From positions 5,704,001-5,768,000 of the forward strand of contig OZ024763.1 of the NCBI GenBank assembly GCA_964016885.1: a stretch of DNA of 64,000 nucleotides. The letters are read 5' to 3'. Shown here piece by piece: positions 1-13,986 of this stretch. The stretch is from Eledone cirrhosa. Its lineage: Eukaryota. The notes under the pieces were generated by a model. It saw only the letters and a list, made by a program, of their open reading frames with translations, had not been told where the DNA came from and did no database searches. A program made the translations under genes and the position numbers. Within the stretch, counting starts at the first letter, position 1. Each line of letters opens with the position of its first letter.

Positions 1-158
1 TATATGTGTGTGTGTGTGTGTATATATATGTGTGTGTATGTATATATATATATGTATATATATGTGTGTGTGTGTGTATATATGTGTATATGTGTGTATG
101 TATATGTGTGTGTGTGTGTGTATATGTGTATATGTGTGTATGTATATATATATATATC

Positions 159-211
<53 letters not shown>

Positions 212-325
212 ATATATATGTGTATATATATATATATGAGAGAGAGATAACTTGCCTTCTTGCAAATAAGTTGTTTCTTCAAAGGGGACACGCCCTTGGT
301 AGGAAGGAAGGACAGGAAAAGAGGA

Positions 326-368
<43 letters not shown>

Positions 369-509
369 CACATACATATATATGTACGTGTGTGGTGTGT
401 GTGTGTATATATATAATCCTGAGATGTTGTTCTAGTGATCTATTTTATTGCTGTAATGTAGATCAGGGTGGATAGCAGGGTAGGTGGAGGTAAGGGGGGG
501 GGTAGAGGA

Positions 510-1825
510 ATGTGTGGGTGGTGGTGTGGTAGTAGTGGTGATGGTGGTGGTGGTGGTATGTGGTATGTGGGTGACTGGTAGTGGTGGTGTAGTGGTGGTA
601 TGTGGGTGACTGGTGGTAGTGGTGGTGGTGGTAGTGGTGGTGGTGTGTGGGTGACTGGTGGTAGTGGTGGTATGTGGGTGACTGGTGGTAGTGGTGGTGT
701 GTGGGTGACTAGTGGTGGTGTGTGGGTGACTGGTGGTGGTGGTAGTGGTGGTATGTGGGTGACTGGTGGTGGTGTGGGTGACTGGTGGTGGTAGTGGTGG
801 TATGTGGGTGACTGTGGTGGTGGTGTGGGTGACTGTGGTGGTGGTAGTGGTGGTATGTGGGTGACTGTGGTGGTGGTGGTGGTGGTATGTGGGTGACTGG
901 TGGTGGTGGTGGTGTGTCAATACAGGATGTCTCCACTGGTGGAGTGGCCGTGGATCAACCGGAAGATTCTTGTCTCTTGTCTTTTTTTCAAAGGGTTACA
1001 TTTACATGGTGGCGGTGGTGGTGGTGTGATGTTTGTGGTGGTGGTGATGGTGGTGGTGTGGTGGTGGTGTGATGTTTGTGGTGGTGGTGATGGTGGTGGT
1101 GTGATGTTTGTGCTGGTGATGGTGGTGGTGGTGGTGGTGGTGTGATGTTTGTGGTGGTGATGGTGGTGGTGTGATGTTTGTGGTGGTGGTGGTGGTGGTG
1201 GTGGTGATGTTAGTGGTGGTGGTGGTGGTGTGATGTTTGTGGTGGTGGTGGTGGTGGTGTGATGTTTGTGATGGTGGTGGTGTGATGTTTGTGGTGGTGA
1301 TGGTGGTGGTGGTGGTGGTGGTGATGTTAGTGGTGGTGGTGGTGGTGTGATGTTTGTGGTGGTGATGGTGGTGGTGGTGGTGGTGGTGGTGGTGTGATGT
1401 TTGTGGTGGTGATGGTGGTGGTGGTGTGATGTTAGTGGTGGTGATGGTGGTGGTGTGATGTTAGTGGTGGTGGTGGTGGTGGTGATGTTAGTGGTGGTGG
1501 TGGTGGTGTGATGTTTGTGGTGGTGATGGTGGTGGTGGTGTGATGTTTGTGGTGGTGATGGTGGTGGTGGTGTGATGTTAGTGGTGGTGGTGCTGTGATG
1601 TCTGTGGTGGTGATGGTGGTGTGATGGTGTTGTTGTTGGTGGTGGTGGTGGTGTGATGTTGGTGGTGTGATGGTGGTGGTGGTGTGTTGGTGGTGTGATG
1701 TAGTGGTGGCATTGGTGGTGTAATGGTGGTGGTGTGTTAGTAGTGGTTGTGTGATGGTGGTGGTAGTGATAGGTTCGGGATGTGGTGTTGGTGGTGATGG
1801 TGGTGTTGTTGTTTGTGGTAGTAAT
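510..1825. repeat. (GGT)n-based compound microsatellite
   Basis: GGT runs punctuated by GTGGGTGACT or GTGATGTTT. A similar (CAC)n tract lies at 15565-16890. Confidence 0.9.
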
Positions 1826-2115
1826 GACAGATAGATAAACAGACAGACAGACAGGCAGGCATGCAGATAGATAGATTGACTGATAGATAGATATAGAAAG
1901 TTGTGGTGGGAAAGGAAGGAGTTATTAGGGCTCAGGGGGGAGTCAGGTAGGTGTGGTGTGTGAGAGATTCCAATTAAAGGTGGGGGGGGGGTGTTTAGGT
2001 CAACAGGTAAGAAGGTTGTTTAATGTTAACCTTGTTCTAGTCACAGTTGTTTCCTTTCAAACAATAATATACAGAAATACTGGGTGCATGTATATATGTA
2101 TATATACATATACTG

Positions 2116-2149
<34 letters not shown>

Positions 2150-2332
2150 CATATACGTGTGTGTATATATATATAGATAAATATGTTTGTGTGTGTGTAT
2201 ATATATATATATATCTAATGTATGTATGAGTGTGTATGTAGGTATCATCATCATCACCTATCCAGGAAGCTCCAACCGTTAAGGTTGTTTTTTTTTCCGG
2301 GTCTGTCAATATTTATTTATAAAACAAATCTG

Positions 2333-2398
2333 TATTTTATCTGATGAAAGCGCACCATAATTTGCCTTGGTGGCCCCTGAAATATGTATAATAAAATA
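2333..2398 (+). ncRNA. Minimal type-I hammerhead ribozyme motif
   Basis: TATTTTAT-CTGATGA-stem II (imperfect, CACC/GGTG)-GAAA-T-ATGT-A-TA-ATAAAATA. Stem I is 8 bp and the predicted cleavage triplet is AUA. Confidence 0.7.
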
Positions 2399-2436
2399 AA
2401 TATGGTTTTATAAATATAGTTTCCATTTTTTAATAT

Positions 2437-2481
<45 letters not shown>

Positions 2482-2930
2482 CGTTGGAAGGGTTAAGAAT
2501 ATTTCCCTACTATATCAAGCGTTAAACTAATATATATTTTCGTTGTACTGTGTTGTTTACTGTTTACTTTTCACATACATATAACTTCTGACAGAGACTA
2601 GGGTGACTCTGTCTGGCTGGCTGTTGTATATCTTGACTGTCTGACTCTCTGTCTGCAAATGTCTCACACCTCCTCCACCATCTCACCCCTCCAACCCCAC
2701 TTACACCAGCACCACCAATGTGTCTCTCTCCTTATCACATCTCCTCCACCCTCACACCTCTCCACCCTCACACGGCACCCACCCACCCACCAAACCTCCC
2801 CACCACACCCCTGGACTCCTTAATGTTTGGTATTTAAGAAACCAAGCCACACAAGTATATATATATATATATATATATATATACTATATATACCTATATA
2901 TATATTTACTATATACACCCATTATATATA

Positions 2931-3279
2931 CTAGCTGATGTACCCAGCTTCGCCAGGGTAAACAGATGATAAGAGAAGACGGGTAAAAGAGAAAATGGCT
3001 GTATTGGATGTTTGTCTGGTTACAGTATGAGGCGAGTCCGTGGTGTCTGTGTGATGCAAAAAACAGTAAAAGAAATCTTCCAGATATACCAGATTCTTCA
3101 TTGTACAGTTTGTACATAGTATATGAACAATTCTAGGTGCTCCCACCTAGAATAGTGACCTCTAGGAGATGGTTCATCTTCTGCCTAACTGTAAAACATG
3201 TATCATTGCATAGACGTGGTTGTTCCACGTTTCTCAAAAGGATGATGGAAGTTCCAATCTTTTATATTATATGTATAGA
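2931..3279 (-). mobile_element. Short non-autonomous Helitron
   Basis: On the minus strand it starts A|TCTATACATATAATATAAAAG and ends ...CCCTGGCGAAGCTGGGTACATCAGCTAG|T. This gives 5' TC, a subterminal hairpin, 3' CTAG and an A/T insertion site with no TSD. Confidence 0.7.
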
Positions 3280-3294
3280 TATAGATATAGATAA

Positions 3295-3780
3295 TTAATA
3301 TAAAAGATGATGCTCAGCCAGTTCGTCTTCAACCATCGCAGCACGCCATCGCTGCTTGGCTCCAGTGTTTCGTTGGCGTTGTTCAGCCAGCTCCTCTTCA
3401 TTCATGGCGGCACGTCTTCGCCTCTGAAGTTCGACGTTCCGATGGCGCTGTTCAGCCTGTTTTTCTTCATTCCTGGCTGCACGCCGTCGCCGCTGTAGTT
3501 CACTGTTTGATAAAGTCGAATTGCTTTTACTTTCTGTGGAACGCTGCACGCACGCACACACACACAAACATACGCGCACGTACATACACACGCACACATG
3601 GTAATAGTTACAGCGTTCACTTTGCATCTCTGTTTCTTACTCTCCCCTCTCACTCCCTCATTGGCATTATGCATATTAATTTAAGGTTGGCGTCGTGGAG
3701 GTGGGCGGAGTCGTTTGAAACCTATGAACCAATGAGAATCGAGAATTATGACACACGGAATACTGACATTCTTGAAATTA
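3295..3780 (-). mobile_element. Probable Helitron N-terminal ORF remnant
   Basis: Three imperfect ~23-aa charged repeats (ELQRRRRAAMNEEELAEQRQRN) of the kind found at the N-terminus of animal Helitron RepHel proteins. CpG-rich relative to flanks. Confidence 0.45.
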
Positions 3781-4056
3781 ATATATAATATAATGGGTGT
3801 ATATATATGTATATATATACATATATATATAAAGTGCATATGTTCATGTATGTATACACACACACGTGTGTGTCTGTCTGTATGTATATATATATATATG
3901 TGTGTGTGTGTGTATAAATATATAAATGCATATGTACATGTATACATGCACCATATATACGTATATGTATGTATATACATGTATTATATATATACATGTG
4001 TGTGTGTGTGTATGTATATATATATATATACACACATATATATATATATATATACA

Positions 4057-4112
<56 letters not shown>

Positions 4113-4185
4113 CACACACACACACGCACACATACACACACATATATATACACACACACACACACACATACACACACATATATAT

Positions 4186-4276
<91 letters not shown>

Positions 4277-5163
4277 CACATATATACACACACATATATA
4301 TATATATATATAAAGAGAGAGAGAGAGGAGCAGAGAAAAACAATATATAAATTATTTCCCCCTCTCTTTCCCGCCCTCCCTTTCTCTCCCTCTCTCTTCC
4401 TCCTCTCTCTCTCTCTCTCTCTCTCTCATTCTCTCTCCCTTATCCTCTCTCTCTCTCGTTATTTAATAATGATTTCTTTATTATTTATTTATTTATTATT
4501 TATTATTTATTTATTTATTTAATAATGAATCGATCCAATTTAAGTTAAGAAATTGTGATTTAGTGACGTTAGAGTGATCTCCCTTGGACGTTTCTCAACT
4601 CACCAAGTGACGTTTTTCTTGTTTAATGTGTCTCTCTCTCTCTCTCACTGTGCGTGGATGTGTATATGTGTGTGTTTGCGCGTGTGTATATATATATATA
4701 TATATTTATTAATATAACAGATTAAAGTTTAAGCAAAGAATCGCTGCTTTCACCCTTAACGGGATTTTCTGAAACTAACAAAGTCAATCTGTAAACGCAG
4801 AACTGGATATTTCAAAAAACGTTGCAACCGGAGGAAGACAGGAAGACGATACTTTGGTTCGTGGAAACGTTCGTTGGCAAAGAACGGGAGAAAACGAATA
4901 ATACGTCATTAATAGGAGCGGTGAAAAACAATTACGCGCAAAGACAGAACCACGTTTATGGTATAAAAGAGGTCGTAGATTAATGTTCTCTAAGGGGTGC
5001 ATAGAGACGTTCTCTGGCAATGAACGAAAAAACGAAGATAATAAGTCTTATATGGAGCGTGGAGAACAATAGCACGCAAAGACAAAACCACGTAAATGGT
5101 ATAGCGTATATATATATATATATACGATATTAACAAATGGAAACTATATTTATAAACCATATT

Positions 5164-5228
5164 TATTTCATTATACATATTTCAAGGACACCAAGTTAAA
5201 TTATGGTGTGCTTTCATCAGATAAAATA
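5164..5228 (-). ncRNA. Minimal type-I hammerhead ribozyme motif (same family as 2333)
   Basis: Reverse complement TATTTTAT-CTGATGA-AAGCACACC...GGTGTCCTT-GAAA-TATGTA-TA-ATGAAATA. Confidence 0.75.
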
Positions 5229-5316
5229 TAATATAGAGCTGTTTTATAGATAAATATTGACATACCCTTAAAGAATGCAACCATTACTGTTGGAAGCTCC
5301 CGGATAGTTTTATATA

Positions 5317-5359
<43 letters not shown>

Positions 5360-5413
5360 CGTTTCTGAATTTGTTTAGCAAGATTCTTTATCTGAAATCG
5401 TGTGTTGAAACCG

Positions 5414-5649
5414 ATATTGTTATACTTTGGGAGGGTCATGTTGCCAATAATAAACACACGCACCAGTTGCTTTCACTTCAATTTATTATATATTTATAAA
5501 TTTATAAATTTACAAATCTACAAACTTATAAATTTCCAACCAGAAATTTATAAGTTTGTAGATTTGTAAATTTATAAATATATAATAAATTGAAGTGAAT
5601 GCAACTGGTGCGTGTGTTTATTATTGGCAACATGACCCTCCCAAAGTAT

Positions 5650-5657
<8 letters not shown>
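5414..5657. repeat. Inverted repeat (~115-bp arms) of a Penelope-associated terminal sequence
   Basis: The arms are complementary around a short loop at ~5536-5542. The arm sequence recurs at ~58787-58878 next to the PLE remnant. Confidence 0.8.
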
Positions 5658-5684
<27 letters not shown>

Positions 5685-5753
5685 GTGTGTGTGTGTATGT
5701 GTGTGTGTGTTTATATATACTTGCATCTGTGTTTGTCTTGTCAATTCTTGATC

Positions 5754-5792
<39 letters not shown>

Positions 5793-5821
5793 ATAACTAT
5801 CCCCATTATTAACGTTTTAGT

Positions 5822-6002
5822 GGTGGGTTGGCAGTATCAGTAGCGGGTCGGACGCCATGCTTTCCAGCATAGTTACGTCCCTTTACGATCTGAGTTCAAA
5901 TCCCGCCGAGGTTAACTTTGCCATTCATCCTTACGGGGTCGATAAAATGAAGTACCAGTAATGCACTGGGTATTTGCTGGCCTTGTGCCTAAATTAGAAA
6001 CA
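5822..6002 (+). mobile_element. tRNA-derived SINE family A
   Basis: A box TGGCAGTATCAG, B box GAGTTCAAATCC, core TTCATCCTTACGGGGTCGATAAAA. 17-bp TSD ATTATTAACGTTTTAGT. Confidence 0.85.
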
Positions 6003-6638
6003 ATTATTAACGTTTTAGTCTTGCTATCCTTGTCATGCTTCGAATGTTTCAGTCCCATATTAGTTAGAGACACAAAGAGTTGCCCCCCTTGTGTCAATTC
6101 TAACGACACGTTGCAACAGATTCTGTGAAACCTCATTTTCAGTAATGGTGGGGAAATTAGGTTGCCTCCCTTCAATGGATGTAACCCCTCACCCCTTCTT
6201 TCTCTCTCTCTCTCTCGCGATTTCTCATCCTCTCTTCCGACGTTCTTTCTCCTCTGCCTCTCTCCCTTTTTTCCCTTCTTACCTCTCTCTCCCTTTGCTA
6301 TACTCCGTTCCCTCTTTGTCCCATTTCTTTTCCACAACCACCACCAAACAACACCACCACCACCACCACCACCAACACCACCATCACCAACACCACCATC
6401 AACAACACCAACACCAACACCACCACCACCACCACCAACACCATCACCACCACCAACACCACCACCAACAACAACACCACCACCAACAACAATAACACCA
6501 ATAACAACAACAACACCACCACCAACACCAACAACAATAACACCAATAACAACAACACCGCCACCAACACATTCTTTGTCAATCCATGTCTTTATCTTTA
6601 TCGATCTAACATCACAAGCACACTTCTTTGTTATATAC

Positions 6639-6704
<66 letters not shown>

Positions 6705-6805
6705 TATATATATATACACACACACATATATATATATACACACACACATATATATATATACATATACACACACATATATATATACACACACATATATACA
6801 CACAC

Positions 6806-6856
<51 letters not shown>

Positions 6857-6941
6857 CACACACACATATATATATATACACACATATATATATACACACA
6901 CACACACATATATATATACACACACATATATATATATATAT

Positions 6942-7058
<117 letters not shown>

Positions 7059-7089
7059 TATATATATATACACACACACATATATATAT

Positions 7090-7139
<50 letters not shown>

Positions 7140-7151
7140 TTATATATATAT

Positions 7152-7200
<49 letters not shown>

Positions 7201-7221
7201 TATATATATATACACACACAC

Positions 7222-7254
<33 letters not shown>

Positions 7255-7265
7255 TATATATATAT

Positions 7266-7298
<33 letters not shown>

Positions 7299-7319
7299 CA
7301 CACACACATATATATATAT

Positions 7320-7382
<63 letters not shown>

Positions 7383-7407
7383 CACACACACACACATATA
7401 TATATAT

Positions 7408-7498
<91 letters not shown>

Positions 7499-8078
7499 CA
7501 CACACACACACATATATATACACATACACACACACACACACATATATATATATACACATACACACACACACACATATATATATATATATTTAACTCTCTC
7601 TAATCCCCTTCCACTATCTGACAGCAAGTCACACCTGTTGTGCCCCCCTCCCTCTTCTCCTCCCTCCTCTAAACTCTAATTACAAAGGTGTCGCCTGATG
7701 CTGTGGTCGTGTGCCGCTCTGGCGTGCCGCCACGCGCGCGTGTATGTGTGTTAGTGTACTGCATATGTTGTGTGTGTGTGTGTTAGTGTACTGCATATGT
7801 TGTGTGTGTGTGTGTTAGAGTACTGCATATGTTGTGTGTGTATGTGTTAGTGTACTGCATATGTTGTGTGTGTATGTGTGTTAGTGTACTGCATATGTTG
7901 TGTGTGTGTACTGTGTACTGTGTTTGTGTATATTTGTGTGTTTGTATTGTGTTTAGTGTGAATGTATATATGTTGTTGTTGTTGTTGTTGTTGCCATGAC
8001 AGCTGTTCCTTTAAGGAGGCTAGATCACTGATAACAATGTGGTTTTTACCTGTGGCTTGAGGAGCTTTACACATACAT

Positions 8079-8167
<89 letters not shown>

Positions 8168-8336
8168 TATATACATAGACACACATACATACCTACATAT
8201 ATATATATATATATACACACACATATATATATATACACATACATACCTACATATATATATACCTACATATATATATATATATATACACACACATATATAT
8301 ATATACACATACATACCTACATATATATATACCTAC

Positions 8337-8371
<35 letters not shown>

Positions 8372-8486
8372 TATACATAGACACACACACACATATATAC
8401 ATAGACACACATACATACCTACATGTATATATATATATATATATATACACACACATATATATACACACACACACATACATACCTAC

Positions 8487-8521
<35 letters not shown>

Positions 8522-8570
8522 TATATACATAGACACACATACATACCTACACGTATATATATATACCTAC

Positions 8571-8603
<33 letters not shown>

Positions 8604-9981
8604 TATATACATAGACACACACACACATATATACATAGACACACATACATACCTACATATATATATATATACACACAAATATACATGCACACATATATAC
8701 ATAGACGCACATACATACACACACATATATATATTATATATATATATTTTATATATATATACAAATGAGTCAGCACCCCAATGGCTGAGCTCTTGCTGTT
8801 TCAACAACTAGTTACAGACTGAGATATATCATACAATAGACATCACACCATCTCACCTGTTTTACTCTATTCTCCCTACTTACCTTTACTAACCTCAGTG
8901 TCCTTCTTTGTCTGCATGTAGGACTACAGTCCTATTCTCTTCTGCTTTACTATTTCTCTACTTTAGCTAAGCCCTTCTACCCTCTATATTTGTGTAATTT
9001 AAGGCATAACTTGTCTCTACCTATTTTGTTATGTATCAATGTGTACTGGAATTAATGGTATCAACCTTAAAACACCAAAACTGTAGTGATTTCCAGAGGT
9101 TGACTGAGGATATGGGACTGTACATCTTTCCGTTCTTTTTTTCCATTGTCTTTGTCCTGTGCGCTCCCTATTTTGAATATATCATCATCATCGTCGTTTA
9201 ATGTCCACCTTCCATGCTAGCGTGGGTTAGATGGGTTGACCCATTTGAGGCAAGTTGGCTCAGGTGACCATATTCTGGTGACCATATTCAGGTGACCAGG
9301 GCAGAGTAGATTGGGGGACCAGGGTGGGGTAGATTAGTAGACTGATTGGTGAGTAGCCGGGTACATTCGAGGGTTCGCTGAAAAGTTTGTAGACTGACTA
9401 TCTAGGAGTGATGCTAGAGCTATAAAATCTTAATAACTGCATTGTTTCTTTCCACAGACTATGTTGATATGTTGAACAATAAACCTCATTTGGTCAGTCC
9501 ATGAGAGTATCTTGGTCAGCCTATGAAGGAGTGATGCTAGAGCTGTGAAATCTTGCGTACATTAATTTCAACTGTTCTTATTAATAACAGCATTTTTTTT
9601 TTACCAGGGACTATGTTGAAAAATAAGTTTCATTTGGTCATTCCATGAGAGTGTCTTGGTCAGCCTAAGAACTTTTCAGCCGACCCTCATAGGTAGATTG
9701 GTATAATAGTAGAAGAGTTGGTATGTAGGTAGGTAGATTGGTACAAGGCTAGACAGGTACAAAAGGTAGCTATATATATATATATATTGGTTGGTGTGTT
9801 GGTATATTAGTACATAGGTAGATACGCAGGTATAAAGGTTGATAATATTTTGTATTAGTCTTTCTTTTACCTGCTACCACCTCTCATTTCTCACCTCCTC
9901 CACCCCCTCCCTCACAGCTGTTTTTATGATTGGTTTATATGGCAGCCATCAACACTGCTCCAGGAGTGTGTCTTTAACAAT

Positions 9982-10015
<34 letters not shown>

Positions 10016-10016
<1 letters not shown>

Positions 10017-10707
10017 TAGCCAAATTACCCGCGCCTTGCTGCGTTTCACACATTGTTTTTGTAAGAAAATGATTGATTTTAAATCAGTGATATAATTTAT
10101 GGAGAAAAACTCTACATTTCAATATTACTTAATGTAAAATGTAATCAATGAAAAGTTGGAAGACATTATTTTTTGTAATATAGGGCGGTGGATTGGCAGT
10201 ATCGGTAGAGGGTCGGACGCCATGCTTTGCAGCAAAGACTTACGGCCCTTTATGGTCTGAGTTCAAATCCCGCTGAGGTTAACTTTGCCTTTCATCCTTA
10301 CGGGGTCGATAAAATAAAGTACCAGTAATGCACTGGGTAATTGCTGGCCTTGTGCCAAAAGTAGAAACAATTATTTTTTGTAATATATCAAATCAAAATT
10401 ACATTAATTAAATCTTATTCTTATTTGGTTCCTTGTAAATAATTTTTTTCAAAATATCAATTCAAAACTTTTGTGAATAGGCATATGTTGTCATTTACCT
10501 ATGGTTTAAATTTCATATAAATCAAAGGGGAAAACATTTTCAGCAGGGATTTGTGCCCCTGGGGAACCCTTTGATTAAAATGAAATATAAGTACCCTGGG
10601 CAATATAGTTTCGGAATATATATGGTTATGGGGGTCTATCTCCAATACCATAGGAGCAGTTCATGAACAAAACAGACAGACAGGAACAACAAATTTATAT
10701 ATATATT
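10016..10707 (-). mobile_element. Non-autonomous Helitron, interrupted by a SINE
   Basis: Minus-strand 3' end CGCAGCAAGGCGCGGGTAATTTGGCTAG|T. There is an ACAG-repeat tract near the other end; that boundary is approximate. Confidence 0.55.
10183..10369 (+). mobile_element. tRNA-derived SINE family A
   Basis: Full-length copy with 18-bp TSD ATTATTTTTTGTAATATA. Confidence 0.88.
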
Positions 10708-10950
10708 GGGTCACCCGTGACCCATTGGGTCATGTTCACTTAAAAATAATTTTTAAATAATTAAAATATACACAAAATGTATATAATGTAAAATGACATT
10801 GGAAAGCCAATATATATATATACGTGTATGTGTGGGTGTATATGTACGTGTATATATATATAGGAGGTGAGTTTTATTGTAGCACAATAAAGCAGTGATT
10901 TAACACTTCACTGCTCGCAAGTGTTTTTTAAGCTTCATATCATGTCTCCC

Positions 10951-11021
10951 TATTTTATCTGATGAGAACGCAAATATCATCCCATGATGATATTTGTTTT
11001 TGAAATGCACATAATAAAATA
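10951..11021 (+). ncRNA. Minimal type-I hammerhead ribozyme motif
   Basis: TATTTTAT-CTGATGA-GAACG-CAAATATCAT/ATGATATTTG hairpin-GAAA-T-GCAC-A-TA-ATAAAATA. Confidence 0.75.
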
Positions 11022-11051
11022 CTTGGAACTCTTTTAACCATCTTTTCATCT

Positions 11052-11088
<37 letters not shown>

Positions 11089-11132
11089 CATATGTTTGTG
11101 TGTGTGGGTGTCTGTGGCCTATATACACTGGT

Positions 11133-11282
<150 letters not shown>

Positions 11283-11439
11283 GTCCTAATACAAGTTATA
11301 AGATACATATAAGTTAATATTCAGTCACCAAATTCCACAATGCTGTATTCAATTCTTTGAAGTCACCGGTTATAATTTCATTCAACAACACTACCAGCTC
11401 TCTCTCTCTCTCAACCACTATCTGCGTTTGTATTCACAT

Positions 11440-13752
11440 TTCAATGGTACCTTACTTTCAAAGTATTTTCCCATTATGCGCTGATTTGGCTATTTATAAA
11501 GGTACCCGAAAAAAAACCCGCGTATCTCGGGAAGCCGTGGTCCGATTTACGTGAAACTTGTCTTTTCACTGTTATTATTCACAAGTATTTTTACAAAGAA
11601 AATATCAAATCATTTTCCACTCATATCCGATCAATCCACTTCAAAATTATTTTTTATATATCTCTATGGATGCTTGACTGTTTGTTCTGAAAGATTTTTC
11701 TGCTTAAAAAATTGCAATGTTAATGAAAAACTGGTTTTATTTACAAAAATGTTAAAGAAATTATTCTTACTTGTCTTAGTTTTTCCTTTTCCTTTCATTT
11801 TCTGACGTCGGAACCAACATTTTCTCATATTTACGCTGTTACAGTTTGTTCAAGAGAATGTTTTTGATGACATTCATGCAATTCATGTAATAACTCCAAA
11901 TTGCCAATGTCCTGATTAACAACAATGCAAGTTAAAGTCACTAAGACTTTTGCCCAGGTCGTTAAGTTTGTCTCCAAAATACAGAAGACATTGATCATAA
12001 TGTCTCTCTCTAATCAAAAGGTTAGAGTTTCTGGTAGCCCTTTTTTCTATTTGAAGGTAATCCTCCTCGGACACCGAATGCTTTAATCGAACCCATAAAT
12101 CACTGGAATTGTCAATTTCCGTATTTGTGAGGAGCACGATGAATAGATCTCTCATGGCTTTGGGAAGCCTTGTTCGCTCAGCATCTTCCAGAGTCTGCTG
12201 CCAATGATCATCCGATTGAAGCAAACCTTTCTCTCTGCAGACGTCTTTGAATAATGTCAGGAGTTCTCCATCACACATTTTCAAAGAGTTGAAGGATACT
12301 GGTCCTTTGACGTGATGCAGAAGGAGTCTTAAATAATACAGGTCACCACTTCGTGGGGAAACAGTGTATACTCGTCCCAAAACGTTCGCCTCAAAAATCC
12401 CTGGATAATACTCAACTGTTTTTCCCACCTTTCTCCTTTCCCATCTCTTATTACTCCAAGTGTAAAACTTTGGCACATCGGCATAATACAATGTTTTAGC
12501 AAACGGATCGCGATCGCAAAGATCCATGAACTCAGTCAGAGTCGTCTTAGCCATGTTATTGTTTACAGCAGCATTGACCCGAAAGGAGATTTGATTTTCC
12601 TCAGGTAGATGAACTTGAAGGCGAACTACGGCCGGTTCTCTTTCATGAATTGGAGGAAATCCAAGTACCAAGGCAACAAATATTCTGTTTAAAGAAAGCC
12701 GAAATATATATATACTCAGTGTACAAATAATTTGTATTTTTTAAGTCATTTTCACTTAAGAATATTTGTTAAATATACTAAGAAATATTTTTTCCATCGT
12801 ATTCACTCGAAAATAATTTTTTTAAAAATGAAGATATTGTCTATGTAAATAAAGCTATTTGTGAAATCAAATTCACTTTAAAATATTTCTAAATAATTGA
12901 AATATTCTTTTTAACAAAAGCAAAAATATAAACACCTACTGTTCAACATCAACTGGTATTTTTCAATCATATTCACTTAATGCTTTTCTGATAATTAAAA
13001 TATCGTCTGTTTAAAGAAAGCCCGAATATAGATACTTGAAGTACAAACAACTTGTAGTTTTGAAATCATATTCACTGAGAAATCACTGAAAAATCTTTTT
13101 TGAATAATTATTAAAAATATTTTTCGAATGATGAAAATAGTTTATGTCGATTTACGTCAAACTTGTTTTATCCCCATTTCAGGGTTATATCACTTACAGG
13201 GCTATTTCTCCATTATGCACCGTTTTGGCTATTTACGAAGGTATCCTACACACACACACACTCTCTCTCTCTCTCTCTCACCCTCACTCTCTCTCTCTCA
13301 CTCTCTCTTTCTCTCTCTCACCCCCTCTGGACAACCAAAAATCAAATGGATTATTTCTTTCGATATTCATTATAAAATAAGATAAATTGAATTTAGATGA
13401 ATTCCTTGCTATTTTTGGAAAATTGAAAATATTGTCCATGTGCGATTTACGCCAAACTTGTTTTATTCAGAGTATTTTCTCATTATGCAATGTTTTGCAG
13501 GGTTATGTTAATTTCGGGGTATTTTCCCAGTATGCACCGTTGTGGCTATTTACGAAGGTACCTCCAAAACCCGCGAATCTCGGGAACCCGGGTTCAGATT
13601 TTCGCGAAACTTGTTTTATTCAATTTGTATTCCCATTTCAGAGGCAACTTGCTTTCAAAGTATTTACCCATTATGCGCCCTTTTGGCTGTATTACATAAC
13701 AGATAAGCAAGCAAGCACACAAGATCAGATCAGAGTTTTAGTAGTATATAGA
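11440..13752 (-). mobile_element. Internally deleted Helitron enclosing the RepHel fragment
   Basis: Minus-strand 5' terminus A|TCTATATACTACTAAAAC at 13752. Dispersed internal subrepeats (CATTATGC...TTGGCTATTTACGAAGGTA) occur near 11470, 13210, 13530 and 13670. The 3' boundary was not identified. Confidence 0.6.
11916..12671 (-). pseudogene. Helitron Rep/helicase internal fragment
   Basis: PIHEREPAVVRLQVHLP, KTTLTEF, YYADVPKFYTW, LGRVYTVSP, YYLRLLLHHVKGPVSF and KGLLQSDDHW are motifs of the RepHel region between the Rep and PIF1 domains. Both catalytic domains are absent. Confidence 0.9.
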
Positions 13753-13928
13753 TATAGCGAAAGAGAGAGAGGTGTATATATATATATATATATATATGTA
13801 GGAGGTGAGTTTTATTGTAGTACAATAAAGCAATGCAGATATCGGATAAGAAACACTCTACAGTTTGTAGGACTGGAGTATACATAATATAAGATCAAAA
13901 CTCCTTTAACCATCTTTTGATCTTATAT

Positions 13929-13967
<39 letters not shown>

Positions 13968-13986
13968 GTGTATATATATATATATA

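Noticed and set aside
914-1010. Unique island inside the GGT repeat, open as PPCKCNPLKKRQETRIFRLIHGHSTSGDILY-stop on minus
   Set aside because: No recognisable homology or acceptor site, and too short to support a call.
6091-6150. [10 protein letters not shown] as the missing TRAF4 RING exon
   Set aside because: It lacks CxxC, the GH motif, the following Cys and a suitable donor site.
7680-7745. Small CpG-rich patch as a promoter
   Set aside because: Only ~60 bp, with no adjacent exon or other supporting signal.
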